The notes beneath the pieces are model-generated. The model was not told where the DNA came from. It made no database searches and worked only from the letters and a program-made list of their open reading frames with translations. From Oculina patagonica (Eukaryota), in the NCBI RefSeq assembly GCF_052425735.1, contig NC_135758.1:12710001-12774000 (forward strand): DNA of 64,000 nucleotides. The letters are read 5' to 3'. The translations under genes and the position numbers were made by a program. This document shows positions 36,100-48,000 of the stretch, in pieces (the stretch's first letter is position 1; each line of letters starts with the position of its first letter).

Positions 36100-39000
36100 A
36101 TGGAGGCTGCATTGGTAAGTTTTTCGTCTTTACGATGTCAGTTAATTTTAAGCTTTTTTGGATGTTTCAGCATTGTTAAGAGTTTTTATATTTTTGTGTT
36201 ATTTTAGGAGGCCTTGAGATCGGTCTCCGAAACAGATCAGGCCAAAAATGCTCTTTCTTTGATGCAAGTTTATGTCAACAACATAGTGAAAGATCCAGCG
36301 AATCCCAAATACAGAAAAATTCGAATAAGTAAGTTAAGTTAATGCTTAGCCTCAATGACCGGTCTTCAATTACCGGTACACGTAGGACTGGGAGTGGTTA
36401 TTAAGAAAAAGGTCTGTCTCTTGCAATATATGGATATAGCTATAATTACATGATGTATTTGTTTGAGACCTTGTTGCATGAGTAATAACCCGGGTAATAA
36501 TCAGCTGAGAACAAAGTGCTCAAGCTACAGTGTATTGGAAGAGGGGGTGGCTGGGTATGGAAGTGAAGAGGTGAACATGATGTTTCTCTTATTAGGAGGT
36601 GGGTGCAAATTTCTTTTGGCCCTTCAGTCCTATATAATTTTTCAACAAAAGGGCAGTAGCAGGTCTTGACAAAGTGCACCAGCAAGTCATGTGAGCAATT
36701 CTGGTTAGCCTAAATAACAGATTTGTTAGCCTAAATAGTACTCTGGTTAGCCTAAAGTTAGCTTACAATAGGGAGCTTGCAGTTAGCCTGGCATAAGGGA
36801 TTTCTGACTCGCCGCATGGCTTGTGAGTCATGCAAATGGTCAGTGTAAAACATAAAACACAGACTGGGGTATAAATGGCAGACTCAAACTGCGGACTAGG
36901 TATAAAATACGGACTACAGTATAAAATGCGGACTAAGCATGCAAACTGCTTGCAAACGTGACCTGATGGTAAAAATAACCATAAGCATGACTGTAAGCAT
37001 AAAAAAGTTGACTCACCTCGACCAAATTAGCCTTTTTCCTGCAGAAAGCCTGCTCGTAGGTTACGGCAAAGTACTGTCAAAACACCTTAAAATTCCCTCC
37101 AATTGTGCCGGAGGAGCTTAAAATTTGTTTTTGTTTCATTCGCTTTAGTCTTCAATTCTTGGATCGGAGTTGCAGTGGAGACTCGACAGATAACTTAAAC
37201 CTCCTGCTAAACTCGAACTTTTCCGATTCCCCTCCAGGTGTTTTTTTTTTTTACTTATATTACCCTCGCTAACTCGAACTCCTGATATCTTGAACCTTTT
37301 TCGATCTCCCTTGAAGGTTCGAGTTATCGGGATTCAACTGTATATCTGGCCAGCCTCAAGCGGCAGTCATGTGAGAATTTGACAAACAACCTTACTTTGC
37401 ATGACAAAAAAACTGGGTCAGACGTTTTTTCCCCGCATGTTTTTCTTCTGCCAATAGAATTTTTTAGCCTCTTCAGTACTCGAAATTTCGTGCCTCTTTT
37501 TTGGTATTACGGGAGTGTTGAAATAAGCGAATGGCGAAACGTGAAAAAAACTGTGTGTTAGTGTAGCGAAAATAAGCAAATTCGTACCTATCTGTTGCGT
37601 GAAGCCAGACGATAATACACTCAACATTTGAGTTTGGAACCGGAGTTTTGAATCGCGATATTGAGCTGCCATTTAACAAGGAATAATTCATTTCGAGGAT
37701 GGGATGTTGAAGAAAAAATAAAATAAAATTTCTAAACCAAATAATTTACTCTTGAGAAAAACCCTTTTGTTGTTTTGACTGTAAGGGGTACCATAAGGTA
37801 GCTTGTTTTTACTGTATTAAGGTACTTTGCTGAGGAAGATCATAATTGTTCGTTGTGAATCCCTACGAGGTTCAACGGACGACGAAACATTAAACTTTGA
37901 ACAGGAATTATTCACTCTCTTCGGTAACAAACATCAACGCAATACGAGCAGACAACGATTACAAAGGTCACATGAAGCCGTTGCGCTACATGGGGTCATG
38001 CGCACAGTTTTGGCGCGAACAATAATAATTTTATGCTCACGTATACATCCTTGATGGGATCTCATTATTTCTAGCTGTGGTTCGCTTTTAAACGCATTTT
38101 ATATGCTTAGTACGCATTTTATACTGTAGTCCGTGTTTTATACCTAGTCCGCTGTTTGAGTCCGCATTTTATACCTCAGTCCGTGTTTTATACCCAGTCC
38201 GTAGTCCGTAGTCCGCAGTCCATGTTTTAAACTGACCGGTCATGCAACAACCTCGTTCCCAGGGTCTCTCTCTCACCGCCCCCAAGAGCGAGAGGGGCTC
38301 TTGGGGGCGGTGAGAGAGAGACCCTGGGAACGAGGTTGGTCATGCAAATCATGCGAACCATTCTGGTTAGCCTATAAATAGTACATTGGTTGGCCCAATT
38401 AGCACTTGGGTTAACCTAAATGGCACTCTGGTTAGCCTACAGTTAGCTACGGTTAGCCTTTTATTGCTTCCGTTAGTTCTTCCCCCTGGTGGGGAATAAG
38501 GCCAGAGCCTTTTATAGGGTTTTGGGATATGTAAATACTATGTAATTGTCGTGTCTTTCGTGCTTAAATGCACGTGGGCGCGATTGGCAACGTAACTCTG
38601 AATAATTCCGTGTTTTGCATGCACGTGACATTTTTTGATTTTGGGAACGAGTATTTTTGACTTTGTAATTAGATTGGGAGCGGTTAGTTAGTTCGCGAAG
38701 TTCGCGAAGAAAGTTACGAATTTTCAGAGAGTTTCGAAGCGAAACGTAGGACGAAATGTAGGGCTGCGTAGACACGCATGGCTTAGAGATGTACGTTAGC
38801 TAAAAAACTATGATACGGACTGGACTGGCCATGAAATTCACATTCTTCGAAACTCTGTGGATTCGTCGAGATTCTACCGATGAATATTTAATTTCTGCGA
38901 AATGGAGTCGCACATTTTGGCCGAAGATGATCATATGCGGGAACAAATGGAGCCCCCAGAAAGAATTACGGCTTGGAAAAGATCGAAAGCTGGTCATCAC

Positions 39001-42000
39001 GGTGAGACGACGAAGATTTGTAGCCGTCTGGACGAAGTGCTCAAGGATTATCGCCATGCTGGCGAAGTAATGGAGCTTAGTCGTCGATTGAAGGATCAAT
39101 GGTCAAAGTATTGTTTTGTACACGAGCAACTTATGAAGCATTTGCCTGGTGAGAGAGAAAAGGCGGATGAAAGCGATCGTTTTGATGATCGAGCTCGAGC
39201 TTATGAAAGATACAGTTTTCTGATCGAACAATTCATGACTCGTACTAACTTTACGAATGGAGGAACGGAAACAGTTGTTACTAAAGACCGTTCTAATCGT
39301 GTGGAAGATGCACGGAGTTCTGTTTCGGGCGGTTCTCGGAAATCCAGGCGTTCAAGTCGTAGTTCAAGTTCAAGGTTACGTGAAAACGCTGCAATTGAAA
39401 GCGTAATGGCCGAAGTGAGATTGGCGCAATTAAGGAGAGCAAAAGAGAGAAGATTGGAACAGCAAATGTTGCAGTTGGAGAATGAAATAGCTGACGCTGA
39501 AGACGAGGCCAAGTTAGCCCGAGTAAAAACCCGATTTTATGAGCAATTGGATTCAGAAACGTCGAGCATCGATGATCCACTCGCTGAGCTTGAGGTAGAG
39601 AAGGGAAGGCAGCATCTCGATCAAAGAAAGGATATGCCTGAGCCTTAGCCACGCGTCTTTGCCCCAAAACCAATACCCCCTGAAAAGATCTCAAGTTCGA
39701 CTAAGGATCCCAATGTCCGCCCTCTTGCTCAGCCTAAAAGGGAGTATGGTGGATCGTCTGAGAAAGTTACAAACACTGACAGTATTCTTCAGAGTGTTGT
39801 CACCAATATGAACTTGATTGCGACCGGGGCGACCTTGCCCCCACTGGAGGTAGTTAAGTTTTCCGGAGATCCAAGCGAGTTCTTCAAATTCAAGGCACGT
39901 TTCCATCAAATGGTGGACTCTCAGAATCTGTCTGATTCGCAAAAGATGTCTCGTTTATTGCAGTTCCTCGAAGGCAAAGCGAGAAAAGCAGTGGAAGGGT
40001 TTGAAGGCATGCCCGGTGGAGTTAGGAAAGCCGTGCGATTACTTGAGGTACGTTTTGGCCAGCCTCACATGATAGTGAAAGCATGCGTTGATGGTTTAAT
40101 TGAAGGACCAAACATTTCGAACAGTGACAAAGAAGGCTTAAGAGAGTTTGCGGATCGTAGCAGGACCTTGTATGAGACTTTGGTTGCAATGAATGCTTTG
40201 TCTGAGATGAATCTCACCAATCTGGGAAAAATGGCGGGAAAGCTTCCTACTGCGCATCAAGCTAAATGGAGGGACGAGGCTCAGCGGATCCGTGAGCGAG
40301 GGACACTACCAAGTTTCAAAGACCTGTTGGAGTTCATTGAGAAACGCGCAGATGCTATAAACGATCCAATCTTTGGTCGAATTGGAGAAACAAGCAGAGC
40401 TCCGATCAAACCTGGCAGGAAAAATCCCAAAGTGCCTAGCGCGCCTGGAGCCGAAGGTAAAGTGACAACGCTAGCAACGCAGCTCACATCTGGTTCACCT
40501 CAGCAGAAGGATCCACGCAATACAGGCCGATCAGCAAAGTGTATGAACTGCCAGGAATCCCACTACTTGGAGGATTGCGGTAAATTTAAGAAACTAACTC
40601 TGAGACAAAGAAAGATTTTCGTTCGAGGAAGAGGGCTTTGTTTGAATTGCCTGAGGAAAGGACATTTGGTTACTCAATGTGTTTTCAAATCGAAGTGTAA
40701 CCTGTGCTCACAGAAACATCATGTCCTCTTACACAACGCTGCGTCGGATTGTGTTGATTCCCCTTGCCAAAGCCAGGAACAAGTATCTGCCAGCGTAATG
40801 ACGGGCGATGGTAGAACCTCAGGTTCTCCTAGTCAAAACCATGATCAAGTTAAAGTGTCTGCGAACGTAATGACAGCTGAAAGTGGTACATCCAGTGTCC
40901 CCACCTTTGACCAAGCTGCCAGCGGCATCGCAACGGTCAGCGTGGTGAACTTTGCTAAGTCTGCATCTTACAAAGCATGCAGCCAGACAGCCTTTAAGTC
41001 GCATAAAGTTGCCCTGCAAGTGGTACCTGTGAGACTGGAGGGGGAGAATGGGCAAACGGTGAACACATGGGCGTTGCTCGACACGGGAAGCGAGGATTCC
41101 TTTATTGCCAAACCTACCGCTGACCAGCTAAGTTTGAGAATAAAGAGTTTCGAGTCGTTGGCGGTGTGTACCTTGACTGGCGAGACAACTGTGCGTGTAG
41201 GCAAAGTGGACCTAGTAGTCTTACCAATAGAAGATTCAGAAGGCCACCGAATTCAGATTCACGACGTCAAGGTTGTTGAGAATCTCAATGTGAGCTCGTC
41301 CAGACCGCAGGACTTGTCGAAATGGGAACACCTAAATGGGATAGCAATGCCAGAGATTGACGAGGAAGAAGTTACCTTGCTTATAGGAGCAAACGTCCCT
41401 GAAGTTCAGATACACGAAGAAGTTCGCGTTGGAAGAGCCGGAGAACCGTATGCTGTCCGGACCCTTTTGGGGTGGTCCATTCTGGGACCGCTTAACAGCA
41501 GCATTGGAATAACATCTGACAAAGTAAACGTGAACTTTCTAAAGTATGGTAGCCAGATGTTGGACCAACAGATGAATCAGTTTCTTGGATTTGAGAACAC
41601 TGAATGCATTAGTAGCAGTAAGAAGGGGATGTCAGTCGAAGATCGAGAATCTTTACACAAGCTGAACAGTTCTGTTCGCCTAGTAGACGGCCGTTATGAG
41701 GTCGGAATGCTCTGGAAGTACGAAAATCCGTGGTTGCCAAACAACAAAATGACCGCCGAAGCTAGACTTCGCTCTCTGAAAAGAAAGTTGTGCAGAGAGG
41801 AGCAGTTGCTATGCAAATACCGGGACTTTATGGACGACCTTTTGGTAAAAGGCTATGCTAGAAAGCTGACCGAGGTGGAGGCGGAGGCTCGAAGTCCCAG
41901 GACGTGGTATCTACCGCACCACGGTGTCTTTCACCCGCAAAAACCGGGGAAAATTCGAGTAGTATTCGATGCAGCAGCAAATCATGATGGAGTCTCCCTC

Positions 42001-45000
42001 AACAGCCAGTTGAATCGAGGGCCTGATTTAACGAACAGTCTGTTTGGTGTGTTGCTGAGATTCAGACAGGAACGCATCGCTCTTGTTGCAGACATACAAT
42101 CCATGTTTCTTCAAGTGAAAGTACCTGCTGAAGACGCTGACGCTCTCCGTTTCTTGTGGTGGGAGGAAGGCGATCTAAATAGACCTCCTGGGGAGTACCA
42201 GATGGTCCGTCACATCTTTGGCACTAAAGATTCTCCGAGCTGTGTAAACTTTTGCCTGAAAAGAACCGCTGAAGATAACAAGAACGACTTTAGTGAAGAA
42301 GTCGTTAGGGCTGTCCAAGAAGATTTCTACGTTGACGATTTGCTGAAGGCTGTGGAGACGACCAGTAAGGCAATTTCACTGGCGCACGAATTGATGTCTC
42401 TTCTCGAGAGGGGCGGATTTCGTCTGACTAAATGGACAAGTAATTCTCGTGAGGTGTTAGCCAACATACCTGAAGATAAACGAGCACAGCCAACTCTCAA
42501 CCTGGATTTGGATCAGCTGCCGATCGAGAGAGCGTTGGGAGTCCTGTGGAATATCGAAACAGTCTTAAAGCCAGACAAACCAGCTACGAAACGAGGTATC
42601 CTGTCGACTATTAGTTCCCTTTACGATCCTGTGGGTTTCGTTTGTCCAGTGGTGCTAGAAGCAAAGAAGATTATGCAGCGGCTGTGGAAACTGCAGTTGG
42701 ATTGGGACGATCCTGTCCCAGAATTTGAGCTGGCCCACTGGGAACTTTGGAAGTCTGAATTATCAGCTTTATCGCAAGTTCAAATACCAAGATGCTATCT
42801 CCAGCTACAAGGAGAAGTAAAGGAAATCTCTCTCCACCAGTACTCAGACGCGTCAGACGAGGGTTACGGCATGTGCTCCTATCTGCGGTTCGTTTATGAA
42901 GATGGGTCCATTCAGTGCTCGTTTCTGGTTGGTAAATCAAAGACGATGCCAGTGAGAGCTATTTCAATCCCAAGGCTCGAGTTACAAGCTGCAACGTTAT
43001 CTGCCAAGATTTATCAAGTTTGCAGGGATGAGTTAACCTATCCAACTACCTTGCAGTACATCAAGAACAAGAACTTCAAGTAGTTTATAACCGGGCGGTT
43101 AATGTTGGACCACTTCTTTCAGCGTTTTGGCTAGAAAGGCACGGCGCCGCTTTGTAAAAAAAAAAACTTTAGAAAAGCAGTCACTTGAGAAACACACAAG
43201 CCGTGTTTGCGTCAGTCACGGAGTGTGCGTGACATGAATTTTCTTTATCACGTCATCTCCTGTTTTAAACCACATGCCTGGCCGGATAAATTTCTGCTTA
43301 CGCATGCAGTATTTATTTTGTTCCGGATGTTGAATAAAATAAACCCAAACCAGTTGAATGACATTAAAGAGAAGTCCATTTCACGCCAAAATAAAGACTA
43401 GACTAAGGCCATCCCGTTGTATTTCTTCGTTTAGCGTCGTCTGACGACTTAAGTCCGCGGTTTGCAAGAGTCACGGGGTTTGCGTGAACTGTAGCAGTGA
43501 GCGAAAATTCTCTTACTCACGTCATCCCTTTCTTTAATAAACTTGCATCAACAAATTCCTGCCTGTGCTTGCAAATTTTTATATTGTTCCGAATCTCAAA
43601 CAAACTACACTCAAACCACTTGAATGGCATAAATTGATTTCGGTTAAAATTAAAGAAGCTTTAAAATCAAGTTCTTGAAGTTTAACTGCTATTTCCCCCA
43701 AAAAAAAACAGCTTTCAGAAGCATTTGGGAAGTCGCGTGATTCGAAGCACGTAATTCTAACTGGGAGATTCGCTAGGTAATTCCCCTTTTCGTGATGACG
43801 TGTGTCCTGTGCTTTGACAAATTTTTGCTGGGTTTGCAATTTTCGTTTCGATTCCAAAAATAAACTCAAAAACACTTGCAAAACACACGAAAAATAATTC
43901 ATATTTTCATTTAAAACTAGTTTGGACATGTCAAATCGCAACGCGAATGTTCAAGCCCTGAGCCAAACGCTTGAATATCAATTTAATGAACAATCGCCAG
44001 AAACATCAAAATTTGCGTGACCGTGACCTCCTTCTGGAACGATTTACCGACAAAAAAACGACAAAAACAAAACCCCAGGCAGATTATGAACCGGGCCCAG
44101 GCCCCGCCCGGTTAATGAAACAAGGCGTTTCAACACCTACGTAGCTAACAGAATTGCTGAAATTCGTGAGATTACCAGGCCGGACCAATGGAGACACTGT
44201 CCTGGAAGGTTGAACCCAGCCGACGACGCCTCGCGTGGCTTAAAGCCTAAAAGGTTATCAAGTCAGCATCGCTGGTGGAAAGGACCAGAGTACTTGTGGC
44301 AATCGGAGAACAACTGGCCCAAAACTGAGATTGGCGAAGTTCCACATGACGATCCTGAAGTTCGAAATGAAGCACAAATTCATTCAATCAGGACTGTAAA
44401 CCCTTACGTTAGAGTTCACTCAGATGCTCGATGCGCGAGCAAACCGACCGTTTACGAGATGATATCGCACTACAGCTCTTGGTTTAAGTTGCAACGTTAC
44501 GTTGCTTGGCTAGTGCGATTCTGCTACTGGCTAAGGTCCCGGGAAGTCTCCCCAACGACACGAACACTAACCACGGAAGAGTTAGAAGAGGCAACACTGT
44601 TTCTCATGCGGTTGGTTCAGGCTGAAAGCTTTGCAGAAGAACTGAGAGACCTCAAGGCCGGCAGGGAAGTGAAGACGTCGTCCAACTTGTAAAGTTGAAA
44701 CCGGTACTGACGGAAGGAATTCTTCGTGTCGGAGGTCGCTTAGAGGAGGCAGTAGTGCTGTCGTATAACGAAAGACATCCCGTAATACTTCCAAGGAACC
44801 ATCACATCAGTCAGCTGATCGTCCGTCATTGCCACGAAAGTTTAGCCCATGCCGGCAAGGAGCAGACCCTGGCTCAAACAAGGAAAATGTTCTGGATTCT
44901 CGGAGGCAGAGGTTTAGCAAAGAGCACCATTAGAAATTGTGTGAAGTGTCGCAGATTGAACGAGAGGCCTATGAAGCAGATTATGGCTCCCCTTCCTAGA

Positions 45001-48000
45001 GAGAGATTAGAACCATACAATCCGCCCTTCACGTTCTCTGGTGTCGACTTTTTCGGTCCACTAATGGTTAAGTGGGGCCGCGGTTTAGCAAAGCGCTGGG
45101 GATGCATTTTCACTTGTCTGTCCACGCGAGCTGTCTTCCTCGAACTTGTGCCCTCACTGGAAACTGACGATTTCATCATGGCCTTGCGACAGTTCATTAG
45201 CCGAAGGGGTCCTCCCAAGGAAATTAGATCAGATAGAGGCACTAACTTTGTTGGCGCGGAGCGCGAACTCAACGAAGCCATCGATAGGTGGAACCACGCA
45301 AAAATTTGCCAAGAATTGCAACAAAAAGAAGTCAAGTGGACCCTTCATCCCCCAGCAGCACCTCACATGTCCGGGGTCTGGGAGCGACTAGTGCAGACTA
45401 CCAAAAAGCATCTGAAGGCTGTCGCAGGAGATAGATTGCTCGGTGAATTTGCGTTGCGAACACTGCTAACTGAAGTGGAATCCATTATGAATAATCGTCC
45501 AATCGTAGCAGCATCAGATGACCCTGCCGATTTGGAAGCATTGACCCCCAATCACTTCTTGCTGCAAAGGAAGGTGTCTGGGTTGCCACCAGGGCTTTTC
45601 GTCATGGAAGACCATTTGGGCAGGAAACAGTGGAGAAAGGTCCAATACCTAGCCGACGTCTTCTGGAAGAGGTGGATTAATGAATATCTACCGAGTCTGA
45701 CTGAAAGAGGAAAGTGGTTAAGAGACCAAAGGAAGGTTAGAGTGGGCGACCTGGTTCTCGTTTTGGAAGAGAATGTCCCTCGCAACAAGTGGACTGTGAG
45801 GGAAGAGATTCAAAGGTGCGATCCGCTAAGGTGAAGACTTCAAGCAAGGAGTTGCTTCGTCCAATCGTGAAGCTGTGCCTATTAGATGGACAGGAATGAA
45901 AGACACTTACGAGGATTAACAAACGCTTAAACTTTGACGTTTGTGGGGCCGCTGTCGTGTCTTTCGTGCTTAAATGCACGTGGGCGCGATTGGCAACGTA
46001 ACTCTGAATAATTCCGTGTTTTGCATGCACGTGACATTTTTTGATTTTGGGAACGAGTATTTTTGACTTTGTAATTAGAATGGGAGCGGTTAGTTAGTTC
46101 GCGAAGTTCGCGAAGAAAGTTACGAATTTTTAAAAGAGTTTCGAAGCGAAACGTAGGACGAAATGTAGGGCTGCGTAGACACGCATGGCTTAGAGATGTA
46201 CGTTAGCTAAGAAACTCTGATACGGACTGGACTGGCCGTGAAATTCACAGTAATTCTGGTTCATGTGGCTAGCATGCCTCACTGGCTCGCCTATTGTACA
46301 CACTTGGCAGTGGCCCCCTTGACCAACCACTGTATACCTGTATATCTAAAATACACATTTAAAAAAAAGAATTTTAGCAGTCGGAGTTTCTATTTAAATA
46401 CATGTACCGGTACATTAATTTTGATTGTTGTCAATACTCACTGATCAATGTTCTGCCTTACTATAACTAGGTAATCCAAAGTTCAATACAGCCATCTGGC
46501 AGCTGGAACAAGCAAGGACATTTTTGTTGTTTTCAGGATTTGAACAGGTGCAATATTTGAAAATACATGTACCCCGGTATTTGATTTTAATTTTCATGTA
46601 GATTGTTGTTGTTGTTGCAGGACAGTCAACTTTCCATCTGGTGTCCATAAAATAGGGGTTTTAGTATATGAGGTTGATATAGGCACGCAGTGACGTACAT
46701 AAATGTAGTAATTTGATTTTCATGTACTTCTCTTTGGTCTTATTCCAGGAAGGGGACTTTTTAGTTCTTCCTTCTTCTATAAAACTAGATGGAGCCAAAC
46801 TTTTGATTGATGAAGCTCTTGGCATTTCACCGTCAAACCAAACAAGCCATGCCAGTACCAGTGCTCCTTCAAATACAAGTCAACCTAGCAGCATGCTCAA
46901 GCTTAATGCAGCAAAAGGTGGGAATATTGATCAGCATGTTAATAAATGCTGCTTCTCTTTTTGACCATTTAAATTACCTCATTTTCCATTTGCATTTAAT
47001 TACTTGCTCTAAATGCCAAACAGTCACTATCCTCTGTTAAGGGGCATCTCCCATTTAGCAGTCAACTCATTTTTATAGTGGACACAAAATACTATACAAA
47101 ACAATAAAATTATAACATTTGATGTCATGTATATGAAATGATTGACAAGTGATAAAAGTGATAAAGTGATAAATGATCATCACAGCGAATTTCCAATTTT
47201 AACATTTTAACACATCTATTGTCATTTTGACTTGATAATGACGTTAGCCTAACGTTGAAACGTCGTCGTTTTTAACAAACTTTTTAGCTTTCTTAATATG
47301 CTTCGAAATATTTTATCGCATTTTTTTATAGTTAAAAATAACTGCAAAGTCAATTACCAGAGAGGTCCGCTTTTAGGCTTGGCTAAATCTATTTAATGAA
47401 ATGATAATAAAATGATGTTACTTAATTATTGTTATTGATTTTTCATCAGACTGTAGCTTGTTTGATCAAGATGTGAAGGCAGATCTTACATTGCTTTCCT
47501 ACATGAAAGAAATGGGTATGCTTTAAAACACTCTCCTGAAAGCCTTATTTTGATAAATAATAACTAAGTTTTATAAATTCTCTCCCCTTTCTCCTTGCAA
47601 TATCAAACATGAATGCAGTGTTACAGCAAGGAGGTTGTGTCAGAACTCTATTTTAATAAAAGGTGATGTGCGTTGGCTTGATTCAATGCCTTGTTCTTAG
47701 AAGTAGTTTTGAAATCACTTCATAGCGATCAGTAAAGAAATTAATATAAAATTATCCTTTAGCTGAAGTTTGAATGGTTTAAACTACATTTACTTTTAAG
47801 TACATATTAATTAAAAAAAACAGTTTGAATCATTTCAAGACAGCATTATTTCATGATAATTTTATTGTACTTCATTGTCCCAACTGCCCCATGTAATGGG
47901 CAAAATTAATACTTGCAAGGCATTTGTTGATGCAGATTTGTTACACAAAATTGTATGGTGTAAAGGGCCTTAATGTTGTTTTACTTGAAGGTTACGATGT

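Larger units (their letters stand above)
38547..46249 (+). mobile_element. BEL/Pao LTR retrotransposon, full-length but defective
   Basis: LTRs 38547-38842 and 45953-46249 (TG...CA, about 7 differences in ~296 bp); 5-bp TSD GTAAT (38542-38546, 46250-46254). Gag has three Cys/His knuckles, followed by protease LLDTGS, RT YVDD, RNase H SDAS and integrase (HHCC, GVDFFGP..SDRGTNF..WE), in BEL order PR-RT-RH-IN. Confidence 0.96.

Noticed and set aside
39646-39648. Programmed gag-pol readthrough at TAG
   Set aside because: The stop lies within the gag region before the capsid and zinc knuckles, BEL elements usually have one ORF, and the copy has other lesions; a nonsense mutation is more likely.
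40281-46030. Multiple minus-strand ORFs within the LTR element
   Set aside because: Antisense shadows of the pol and integrase coding sequence.
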